Notes under the pieces: generated by a model
The model's input: only the letters and a program-made list of their open reading frames with translations
Told to the model about the DNA's origin: nothing
Databases searched by the model: none
In this document: one piece after another, positions 1-7,299 of the stretch
Numbering within the stretch: position 1 is the first letter of the stretch
Layout of the letters: every line of letters begins with the position of its first letter
Translations under genes and position numbers: made by a program
IMG/VR virus record: IMGVR_UViG_2639763115_000004
Location: 1 to 7,299 of that record
DNA length: 7,299 nucleotides
Source: a virus
Lineage: Duplodnaviria > Heunggongvirae > Uroviricota > Caudoviricetes
Direction: 5' to 3' (one strand)

Positions 1-63
1 ATCATACTTCAGCACATTAGGAAAATAGAACTGCTGCGCACCATACGCATCATAAACAGCCAT
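1..63 (-). CDS. 5' end (21 codons, [21 protein letters not shown]) of the gene downstream of the O-like gene, in the position of a P/DnaC-like helicase loader; truncated by the window edge
   Basis: ATG at 63-61 (minus) preceded by a weak AAGG about 7 nt upstream; open to the window edge. Position only, no recognisable similarity. Confidence 0.25.
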   Translation of the reverse strand, partial: MAVYDAYGAQQFYFPNVLKYD

Positions 64-124
64 AGAATGGCCTTGCACGGTAACGAATTTGGCAATCTGT
101 CCGTTATATACAGGGTATCCTGTC

Positions 125-946
125 TCATGCAATCCCCCTGTCTGCAAACTTCCCTTCCCGTACTCCCGTTAACGAATCTTCCCTCAGCAGGTAATCAAAA
201 TCAGCTGTCCAGCCAGTGTCGTTGTCTCCGAAGTAAAACGGCTTGGCCTGATGCACAAACGCCCTGACATACGCTCTGAAACCGTCCACGTTTGGCGTTT
301 TCAGTTGCGGGATGATTTTCTTCAGGCGGCGTTTGCGTTTCTCATTGACCGCAACAGCGTGTGGCAGTCTGTCACCGACTTCGGTGTTGTAGGCGTTCAG
401 GAAGGATTCGTAGTCGATTCGTTCTGCCTTGCGACGTTCAGGTTTAACCTGCCCATCGCCGACCCCGTTAGGGGGTAAGGGGGTATTTGTATTTATTGTC
501 TTTTGTATATTGTCTTTTGTGTTTAGCTGACTTGGCTTATACCCATTAGCCGACTTGGCTAATGTTTTATTAGCTGTTTTAGCTAATGTTAAGCTGTCCT
601 GGCTAATCCACTGCGAAACCACCTTGTTCACTCCGATTTTCACGCCATCAGCAATGAGGAATTTACGCTCAATAAGCTGGCGCTTGGCAGCGCAAACATG
701 AGTGTGATGAATACCTGTCATGGCTGCTATCTGCGTGTTTGTGAGTCGATCCATCGGCTTATTGAATCCGTATGTCTTGCGCATGATAGCGAGCATCACC
801 TTCAGCTGCCGGACGGTTAAATCAGCCATCAGCAGACTGTCGGTAATCTCGTTAGCAACGCGCATGAAACCATCTTCGGTATCTGCCACGCGATGCTCCA
901 CGACCTCCAGTTGAGGCCTGTAATCAGCTAACTTAACGACGCCCAT
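125..946 (-). CDS. Replication initiator protein, lambda O-like N-terminal domain with a different C-terminal domain
   Basis: 273-aa ORF; AGGAG 7 nt upstream of the ATG at 946; N-terminal segment [29 protein letters not shown] aligns with recalled lambda O (ADLTKRQFKVLLAILRKTYGWNKPMDRIT); repetitive linker [18 protein letters not shown] encoded by DNA iterons. Confidence 0.85.
   Translation of the reverse strand: MGVVKLADYRPQLEVVEHRVADTEDGFMRVANEITDSLLMADLTVRQLKVMLAIMRKTYGFNKPMDRLTNTQIAAMTGIHHTHVCAAKRQLIERKFLIADGVKIGVNKVVSQWISQDSLTLAKTANKTLAKSANGYKPSQLNTKDNIQKTINTNTPLPPNGVGDGQVKPERRKAERIDYESFLNAYNTEVGDRLPHAVAVNEKRKRRLKKIIPQLKTPNVDGFRAYVRAFVHQAKPFYFGDNDTGWTADFDYLLREDSLTGVREGKFADRGIA
481..610. 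repeat. Putative replication origin iterons inside the O-like gene
   Basis: Tandem direct repeats: attgtcttttgt at 495-506 and 509-520; agctgacttggct at 525-537 with near-copy agccgacttggct at 548-560; ggctaat/agctaatg copies at 557-609. AT-rich and located at the O interdomain linker as in lambda ori. Confidence 0.5.
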
Positions 947-1094
947 GTTTCACTCCTGCTTTGGCTAGTCTGTAAACACCAACAAGGCGCTCTGCGAACG
1001 CCCTGTTATTTGCTGCGGCTACCACTAATCCCTCAGGTGAATCAGGGTGTCGAATCTCTTCTTTTTCCTGGTATTTCTTACGACGTTTTGTCAT
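933..1094 (-). CDS. Small basic hypothetical protein (53 aa, [53 protein letters not shown]) between cII and O
   Basis: Not in the ORF track (under 60 aa); found by manual translation. AGGAG 6 nt upstream of the ATG at 1094; stop overlaps the O-like start by 14 nt in a different frame. Confidence 0.4.
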   Translation of the reverse strand: MTKRRKKYQEKEEIRHPDSPEGLVVAAANNRAFAERLVGVYRLAKAGVKHGRR

Positions 1095-1128
1095 AATTAC
1101 TCCTGTGGATTGATCCAGTCTTTCTACA

Positions 1129-1410
1129 TCAGGCCTCGAAGAATTCGCCGTTCTTCGGGGCTTTTTCTTTTGTCAGGTAATTGGCAAGCCGCTTAGTCAG
1201 CTCAGCCATTTCATCGTCTTCGATTCCGTATTCCAGAACAGCCAGCATCATGCTTACCTGCGAGAAGAAACCATTCTTCCATCGGCTTACCTGATATTCA
1301 GGAACCCCCATTGCTCGAGCGAATGTCTTCTGCCCCATCAGTGCCAGTTTGTTCAGCAAGGCTGACTCGATGCGAGCCGCTTTCTTGCTTTTAGTTGCAA
1401 TAGTACCCAT
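1129..1410 (-). CDS. cII: CII-like transcriptional activator of lysogeny
   Basis: 93-aa ORF; RIESALLNK...QVSRWK...SMMLAVLEYGIEDDEMA aligns with recalled lambda CII (RIESALLNK...QISRWK...SMLLAVLEWGVVDDDMA), roughly 40 percent identity by eye; TAAGGAAAT-type RBS before the ATG at 1410. Confidence 0.85.
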   Translation of the reverse strand: MGTIATKSKKAARIESALLNKLALMGQKTFARAMGVPEYQVSRWKNGFFSQVSMMLAVLEYGIEDDEMAELTKRLANYLTKEKAPKNGEFFEA

Positions 1411-1486
1411 AGATAATTTCCTTAATGATTAGATAGAGTTGGCTTCGCAAAGAAACGCAAAACCATAGAGATTTGTTTCTGGTAAT

Positions 1487-1518
1487 GCCCTTTTTCAGGG
1501 CGGGGATGTGTAAGAGCG
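1487..1518 (-). promoter_or_regulatory. nutR (boxA CGCTCTTACA plus boxB GCCCTGAAAAAGGGC) between cro and cII
   Basis: Minus-strand reading CGCTCTTACACATCCCCGCCCTGAAAAAGGGC; close to recalled lambda nutR. boxB is a 5-bp stem with a GAAAAA loop. Confidence 0.7.
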
Positions 1519-1526
1519 AGAATGTC

Positions 1527-2879
<1,353 letters not shown>

Positions 2880-2928
2880 TCCCCACCTCAATCTCGATAA
2901 CCAAAAACAAACTATTTTTCATTTAAAA

Positions 2929-3002
2929 ACAACGGAGTTTGTTTTTCACGCCCCTTTTTACAATATATCTTGTTTACAACATACAATCTTTCTTGTGATT
3001 TT
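2929..3002 (+). promoter_or_regulatory. 434-type OL operators (2929-2942, 2960-2973, 2983-2996) and putative pL promoter
   Basis: Three ACAA-N6-TTGT sites (acaacggagtttgt, acaatatatcttgt, acaatctttcttgt); candidate -35 TTTACA at 2973-2978 and -10 GATTTT at 2997-3002, oriented toward nutL and N. Confidence 0.65.
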
Positions 3003-3040
3003 AAGCCATCAGCAGGACGCACTGACCACCATGAAGGTGA

Positions 3041-3071
3041 CGCTCTTAAAAATTAAGCCCTGAAGAAGGGC
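3041..3071 (+). promoter_or_regulatory. nutL (boxA CGCTCTTAA at 3041-3049, boxB GCCCTGAAGAAGGGC at 3057-3071)
   Basis: Identical to lambda nutL boxA/boxB as I recall them; boxB is a 5-bp stem with a GAAGA loop. Confidence 0.75.
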
Positions 3072-3243
3072 AGCATTCAAAGCAGAAGGCTTTGGGGTGT
3101 GGTGAAGGGTTCATGGATGGGAATATGTCGCACGTAAAGCGGCGAGGCCTGCGGAACTATTGCCGAATTGAAGTCGGCCGAAGCAGGTCGAAATGGGTCT
3201 CCCACCTACCACACCACCAAAGCTAACTGACAGGAGAATCCAG

Positions 3244-3831
3244 ATGGATGCACAAACACGCCGCCGCGAACGTCGCGCAGAGAAACAGGCTCAATGGAAA
3301 GCAGCAAATCCCCTGTTGGTTGGGGTAAGCGCAAAACCAGTTACCGTGCTTGCGCTTCTTGATGAACTGGAAGCTCAAAGCAAACGCATTGCAGAGCTGG
3401 AGAAAAAAGCTGCACCAGATTCGTTTGGCATCATCGGTGAAAATATTCGAACACAGGATAATCGAATAACGTCAGACCCTATGTTTTGTGTGTATCAAAA
3501 GCGCGAAATCGTTGTTGATGCTGATTATGACTATGACCGGATTGTCTGGGTTGATGAAGATGGTAATGAAGCCAATAAACGCCAAAGTCGTCGTCTCGAA
3601 CTACTTCACGAAAACTTTCGAGAGCCACCAGAAAAATGGCGGCGCGTTGCTGTGAAAGATATTGATGAATTCGTTACCTGCTGTTTCACCGAACAGGGTT
3701 GTAAATACTACCTAGCAGCCAATGGTCACAATCTTCGCTTGCCATTTATATATGTAAAAAGCGGTTTCAGGAACGCTGAATATATCGGCATAAGAAACTG
3801 GCTTGCTGGCATTCGCATCAAAGGAGAGTGA
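3244..3831 (+). CDS. N-like protein: lambda N arginine-rich motif (residues 1-33) fused to an unrelated C-terminal region of about 160 aa
   Basis: AGGAG at 3232-3236 then ATG at 3244; MDAQTRRRERRAEKQAQWKAANPLLVGVSAKPV matches recalled lambda N, then diverges completely (TVLALLDELEAQSKRIAELEKK...). The ORF-track start at 3193 lacks an RBS and is rejected. Confidence 0.65.
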   Translation: MDAQTRRRERRAEKQAQWKAANPLLVGVSAKPVTVLALLDELEAQSKRIAELEKKAAPDSFGIIGENIRTQDNRITSDPMFCVYQKREIVVDADYDYDRIVWVDEDGNEANKRQSRRLELLHENFREPPEKWRRVAVKDIDEFVTCCFTEQGCKYYLAANGHNLRLPFIYVKSGFRNAEYIGIRNWLAGIRIKGE

Positions 3832-3832
3832 T

Positions 3833-4096
3833 ATGGCAACTTTGACAAAAAAGGAACAGGCATGGTTGAGCGAATTACAGAACGTTCTTGATCGCTGCCC
3901 GTCACCGAAAAAAATTGGTTTTTACACCATTGGCGATAAAAGCATTTACCTGTATGACCTGCGCCGCATGGATGAAATCATGGAGGCTCTTGATAATCGT
4001 TCGTCGATGGATTGGTGTGTTGCTGTTCATGATATGAATGCAGGGTTTGATGAAAAGATTTTGTTCCCCTCATCAGTTGAAAGCACTGCGGGTTAA
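3833..4096 (+). CDS. Hypothetical protein (87 aa), tightly coupled to the N-like gene
   Basis: AAGGAGA at 3821-3827, ATG at 3833, two nt after the upstream stop at 3829-3831. No recognisable domain. Confidence 0.6.
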   Translation: MATLTKKEQAWLSELQNVLDRCPSPKKIGFYTIGDKSIYLYDLRRMDEIMEALDNRSSMDWCVAVHDMNAGFDEKILFPSSVESTAG

Positions 4097-4106
4097 GGAG
4101 TAACAC

Positions 4107-4703
4107 ATGACCACTATTACCAAAGAACGTATTGAATTGTTCATTAAAAATCCGCTTGAAAACGGACTTACCCGTGGCGAACAAATGGAACTGGCACGAA
4201 TTGCTCTGGCATCGCTGCAACGCGAACAGATTCGCCACGAGCATGCCAAATGGTCTGACTCCACATTTGGCTGCGTTGGCCCCATTGGTCCGCTGAAACA
4301 TCTCTCAAAAGAGGCACTGGAAGCCGCAGCCGAACCAGACGATCTTAGCGAGTGGGCTGATATGCAGTTTCTGTTGTGGGATGCACAGCGCCGTGCTGGC
4401 ATCAGCGATGCTGAAATTACCGCTGCTATGGAAGATAAATTGAAGATCAACATGGAGCGCCAGTGGCCTGAGCCAAAAGATGGTGAGCCTCGCTTGCACA
4501 TTAAAGAACCCGGCAACTCTCCGGTAATTCCGGATGGTTGGGTTATGGTGCCGAAGGAGTTAACCCCGGAAATGATGAGAGCCGTTCAGATTAGAAGTGA
4601 GCTTGGAGGGTATGCCACTTCCAATCTATCTGGTGCATACAATATGTTTTCTGAGTTCTGGAATGTTGCTGTCTCAGCTGCGCCTAAGGTGGATGATTTA
4701 TGA
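4107..4703 (+). CDS. Putative MazG-like nucleotide pyrophosphohydrolase (DUF550-like N-domain, DUF551-like C-terminal region)
   Basis: AAGGAG at 4095-4100; segment EALEAAAEPDDLSEWADMQFLLWDAQRRAGISDAEITAAMEDKLKINMERQW resembles the all-alpha MazG/NTP-PPase motif (EExxE ... ELGD-like ... KL.xNxxR). Confidence 0.55.
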   Translation: MTTITKERIELFIKNPLENGLTRGEQMELARIALASLQREQIRHEHAKWSDSTFGCVGPIGPLKHLSKEALEAAAEPDDLSEWADMQFLLWDAQRRAGISDAEITAAMEDKLKINMERQWPEPKDGEPRLHIKEPGNSPVIPDGWVMVPKELTPEMMRAVQIRSELGGYATSNLSGAYNMFSEFWNVAVSAAPKVDDL

Positions 4704-5002
4704 ATCTATATCGCTGCCCATTCTGTGGTTCCACTGTGCTTAACATCGGATACTCATTCAGTATCAGAGGGAAAATGCGCTATGTGTCATGCAAATGTGG
4801 TGCCCAAGGACCAGAAAAACGAACTAAATCTGAAGCGATTTCTTCATGGAATAGTCGAATGAAAGTATGGGTTTATGATCCAGAAACCATATTAAACGCT
4901 GAAGAGCGCAGGAGAACGGAAGTCTATATTCATAACCTTAATGAAGATGGATTTACACCAGTGCTTGTAAAGGCTACTCCGCAGGAGGTTAACCATGGCT
5001 AA
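4700..5002 (+). CDS. Lar-family putative restriction-alleviation (anti-restriction) protein with a C-terminal extension
   Basis: ATGA overlap with the upstream stop; N-terminus MNLYRCPFCGSTVL...CKCGAQGP...AISSWNSR has the CPFCG plus CxC plus A..WN.R signature I associate with Lar-family zinc-ribbon proteins. Confidence 0.55.
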   Translation: MNLYRCPFCGSTVLNIGYSFSIRGKMRYVSCKCGAQGPEKRTKSEAISSWNSRMKVWVYDPETILNAEERRRTEVYIHNLNEDGFTPVLVKATPQEVNHG

Positions 5003-5064
5003 CCTGCAACTTGCCGTCAAAGGTGAATAACAATCCTCGCACTCGCGGGGATTTCTTTTATCTG

Positions 5065-5090
5065 AACTCGCTACGGCGAGTTTTGTTTTA
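5065..5090 (+). terminator. Putative intrinsic terminator after the Lar-like gene
   Basis: Stem aactcgc (5065-5071), loop tacg, stem gcgagtt (5076-5082), then T-rich ttgtttta. Confidence 0.45.
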
Positions 5091-5102
5091 TGGAGATGAT
5101 AA

Positions 5103-5270
5103 ATGCACTTCCGAGTCACAGGTGAATGGAATGGAGAACCATTCAACAGAGTTATCGAAGCAGAGGACATCAACGACTGCTATAACCACTGGATGATATG
5201 GGCGCAGATAGCGCATGCAGACGTAACCAATATTCGAATTGAAGAACTGAAAGAACACCAAGCCGCCTGA
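5103..5270 (+). CDS. Small hypothetical prophage protein (55 aa, MHFRVTGEWNGEPFNRVIEAEDINDCYNHWMIWAQIAHADVTNIRIEELKEHQAA)
   Basis: GGAGA 7 nt upstream of the ATG at 5103; followed at once by a terminator hairpin. Not in the ORF track (under 60 aa). Confidence 0.5.
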   Translation: MHFRVTGEWNGEPFNRVIEAEDINDCYNHWMIWAQIAHADVTNIRIEELKEHQAA

Positions 5271-5283
5271 TGGCGGTTTTTTA
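5261..5283 (+). terminator. Putative intrinsic terminator
   Basis: ccgcc (5263-5267), loop tgat, ggcgg (5272-5276), then tttttt (5277-5282); overlaps the stop codon of the 55-aa gene. Confidence 0.55.
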
Positions 5284-5293
5284 TTGCCTGATT

Positions 5294-5308
5294 TGCAGGT
5301 TCGATTCC
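5294..5308 (+). other. tRNA-derived fragment: 15 nt identical to the T-arm 5' half of tRNA-Arg(CCU) argW (tgcaggttcgattcc)
   Basis: Exact 15-nt match to recalled argW, with degenerate similarity a few nt upstream; the rest of the tRNA is absent. Confidence 0.4.
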
Positions 5309-5327
5309 CTATTCGGAGATAGCACTC

Positions 5328-5528
5328 ATGCAACACGAACTACAGCCTGATTCACTGGTTGATTTGAAATTCATCATGGCCGATACTGGCTTCGGTAAAA
5401 CCTTCATCTACGACCGGATTAAGTCCGGCGACCTGCCAAAAGCCAAAGTTATCCACGGACGAGCAAGATGGTTATATCGTGACCATTGTGAATTCAAAAA
5501 TAAGCTCTTAAGCCGCGCTAATGGGTAA
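5328..5528 (+). CDS. torI: AlpA-family excisionase / recombination directionality factor (TorI-like, 66 aa)
   Basis: SLVDLKFIMADTGFGKTFIYDRIKSGDLPKAKVIHGRARWLY fits the AlpA/Xis winged-helix pattern; length and position next to an argW attR core fit KplE1 TorI as I recall it. GGAGA 8 nt upstream. Confidence 0.7.
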   Translation: MQHELQPDSLVDLKFIMADTGFGKTFIYDRIKSGDLPKAKVIHGRARWLYRDHCEFKNKLLSRANG

Positions 5529-5544
5529 AATAGCGGGTAAAATA
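5523..5544 (+). repeat. Tandem direct repeat gggtaaaata x2 (5523-5532, 5535-5544), candidate RDF or integrase arm-type binding sites
   Basis: Two exact 10-bp copies at a 12-bp period spanning the torI-like stop codon, about 60 bp from the att core. Confidence 0.35.
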
Positions 5545-5602
5545 TTTCTCACATCTAAAAAATATCATTCCAATCAATCCCCTGCCGCGCCAAGTAGATG
5601 TC

Positions 5603-5617
5603 TGCAGGGGACACCAT
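5603..5617 (+). other. Putative attR core: terminal 15 nt of tRNA-Arg(CCU) argW (ctgcaggggacacca)
   Basis: Exact match to the recalled argW 3' end including CCA; no intact tRNA upstream, so this is a duplicated att core rather than a gene. Confidence 0.6.
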
Positions 5618-6000
5618 TTATCCTTCCAACGAAATCCACCTTCCCCGCGTAAAAGTTGGGTTTGGCAGCACACTTGCCCTAAATCTACTCATTTTCCCTG
5701 CAACAGGTTGAAATCTCAGCACTGTGCGGCGATGACTAAACAGCCCCGGGCCTGGCAATGTATTCATCACACAGAATCCTGATCGCGAAATCTGGCTTGA
5801 CTCGATACTTCACTCCGCAATGCATTCCTTGATGGATTAGCAGGCCCGTGATACACGGGACAGGTCGCTGAATTACGACAATTTCCTGGAAATCAGCGAA
5901 CCGCGTATCCTGAGTACATTTGAGCGACTGTTCCAGAACATGAATGAGGCGTTTGGATTAGGCGATTATTAGCCGCGCTAAGCATTTTGGTATTATTATT

Positions 6001-6040
6001 TTCCGGTTGAGGGATATAGAGCTATCGACAACAACCGGAA
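6001..6040. repeat. 9-bp inverted repeat ttccggttg / caaccggaa with a 22-nt spacer, 12 bp downstream of the cscB stop
   Basis: Perfect reverse-complement arms at 6001-6009 and 6032-6040; no U-tract on the cscB transcript side, so not a canonical terminator. Confidence 0.3.
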
Positions 6041-6051
6041 AGAGTTTACGT

Positions 6052-7299
6052 CTATATTGCAGAAGGTACAGGCGTTTCCATCACCATTTGCTCACGCTTT
6101 TTACTCAGGAAGAAAATGCCAAATAACAACATCAGGCAGACAATACCCGAAATTACGAAGAAAACCGTCTGGTAACCTGCATGGTCAAAAAGTATTCCAG
6201 TCGGCGTTGAAAGCAACACAATCCCCAACGAACTAGCAATTTGAAAACCAATCAGAAAGATCGTCGACGACAGGCGCTTATCAAAGTTTGCCACGCTGTA
6301 TTTGAAGACGGAAATGACACACAGTGGAACCTCAATGGCATGTAACAGCTTCACTAATGAAATAATCCAGGGATTAACGAACAGTGCGCAGGAAAGAATA
6401 CGCAACGCCATAATCACAACACCGATAAGTAATGCATTTTTTGGCCCTACCCGGTTAACAAAGAAAGGAATAATGGCCATGCACAGCGCTTCGAGTACAA
6501 CCTGGAATGAGTTGAGATAACCATACAGGCGCGTTCCTACATCGTGTGATTCGAATAAACCTGCATAAAAAACAGGAAAGAGCTGTTGATCAAAAATGTT
6601 ATAGAAAGACCACGTCCCCACAATAAATATGACGAAAATCCAGAAGTTTCGATCCTTGAAAACTGCAATAAAATCCTCTTTTTTTACCCCTCCCGCATCT
6701 GCCGCTACGCACTGCTGATCCTGATATTTAAAACGCATGTTGATCATCATAAATACAGCGCCAAATAGCGAAACCAACCAGAAGTTGATATGGGGACTGA
6801 TACTGAAAAATATGCCAGCAAAGAACGCGCCAATCGCATAGCCAAAAGATCCCCAGGCGCGCGCTGTTCCATATTCGAAATGAAAATTTCGTGCCATTTT
6901 TTCGGTGAAGCTATCAAGCAGACCGCAGCCCGCCAGATACCCCAAGCCAAAAAAGAGCGCCCCCAAAATTAGACCTACAGAAAAATTGCTTTGCAGTAAC
7001 GGTTCATAAACGTAAATCATAAACGGTCCGGTCAAGACCAGGATGAAACTCATACACCAGATAAGCGGTTTCTTCAGACCGAGTTTATCCTGGACGATGC
7101 CGTAGACCATCATAAATAGAATACTGGTAAACTGGTTGACCGAATAAAGTGTACCTAATTCCGTCCCAGTCAACCCTAGATGTCCTTTCAGCCAAATAGC
7201 GTATAACGACCACCACAGCGACCAGGAAATAAAAAAGAGAAATGAGTAACTGGATGCAAAACGATAGTACACATTTCTGAATGGTATATTCAGTGCCAT
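6052..7299 (-). CDS. cscB: Sucrose:H+ symporter, LacY-family MFS oligosaccharide permease (CscB-like, 415 aa)
   Basis: Complete 415-aa ORF with its start codon at the window edge; multi-TM hydrophobic protein whose N-terminus MALNIPFRNVYYRFASSYSFLFFISWSLWW and length match CscB as I recall it; clear LacY-family similarity. Confidence 0.8.
   Translation of the reverse strand: MALNIPFRNVYYRFASSYSFLFFISWSLWWSLYAIWLKGHLGLTGTELGTLYSVNQFTSILFMMVYGIVQDKLGLKKPLIWCMSFILVLTGPFMIYVYEPLLQSNFSVGLILGALFFGLGYLAGCGLLDSFTEKMARNFHFEYGTARAWGSFGYAIGAFFAGIFFSISPHINFWLVSLFGAVFMMINMRFKYQDQQCVAADAGGVKKEDFIAVFKDRNFWIFVIFIVGTWSFYNIFDQQLFPVFYAGLFESHDVGTRLYGYLNSFQVVLEALCMAIIPFFVNRVGPKNALLIGVVIMALRILSCALFVNPWIISLVKLLHAIEVPLCVISVFKYSVANFDKRLSSTIFLIGFQIASSLGIVLLSTPTGILFDHAGYQTVFFVISGIVCLMLLFGIFFLSKKREQMVMETPVPSAI

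Noticed and set aside
67-914. Plus-strand ORFs 67-267, 251-478 and 720-914, antisense to the O-like gene
   Set aside because: They lie fully inside a well-supported minus-strand CDS, lack RBSs and have low-complexity or odd composition; most likely antisense artefacts.
3193-3243. ORF-track start at 3193 for the N-like gene
   Set aside because: No RBS there; the ATG at 3244 has an AGGAG RBS and begins the conserved N arginine-rich motif.
3978-4516. Minus-strand ORFs 3978-4301, 4073-4516 and 4305-4499
   Set aside because: Antisense to the well-supported plus-strand operon genes, Cys/Ser-rich low-complexity translations, no RBS.
4892-5336. Minus-strand ORFs 4892-5173 and 5088-5336, and plus-strand ORF 5011-5196
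   Set aside because: They overlap the plus-strand genes and terminators; the alternative plus frame 5103-5270 has an RBS and a terminator and is preferred.
5541-5617. Possible intact tRNA-Arg gene ending at 5617
   Set aside because: Only the last 15 nt match argW; the upstream 60 nt do not resemble a tRNA, so this is an att core copy, not a gene.
5841-5972. 43-codon open frame without a start codon (ending ...LFQNMNEAFGLGDY), possible gene remnant
   Set aside because: No start codon, and an open stretch this long occurs by chance at appreciable frequency; it cannot be supported as a pseudogene without a similarity search.
6302-6972. ORFs 6302-6520, 6586-6768, 6747-6950 and 6790-6972 inside or antisense to cscB
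   Set aside because: Embedded in the strongly supported permease CDS; no independent support.

Overview
This window reads as the immunity-proximal right arm of a mosaic lambdoid prophage (about 1-5617), followed by its junction with host DNA and a sucrose permease gene (cscB-like, 6052-7299, minus strand). The prophage part carries an O-like replication initiator with internal origin-type iterons, a cII homolog, and a phage-434-type immunity module: cro, cI, and three ACAA-N6-TTGT operators at both OR and OL. Downstream lie lambda-like nutR and nutL sites and a leftward early operon. That operon encodes a protein whose first 33 residues match the lambda N arginine-rich motif as I recall it, followed by an unrelated C-terminal region of about 160 aa. 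It continues with a tightly coupled 87-aa unknown, a MazG/DUF550-like putative nucleotide pyrophosphohydrolase, a Lar-family putative anti-restriction protein, a 55-aa unknown, and a TorI/AlpA-type excisionase-like gene beside a 15-nt tRNA-Arg (argW) 3'-end core that looks like attR. No integrase is present at this end. The most interesting candidates for undescribed biology are the secreted protein translationally coupled to cI (a rexAB-position moron) and the N-ARM chimera with its coupled partner. All assignments come from reading the sequence and recalling protein families and the lambda, 434 and argW sequences from memory; no database search was run.
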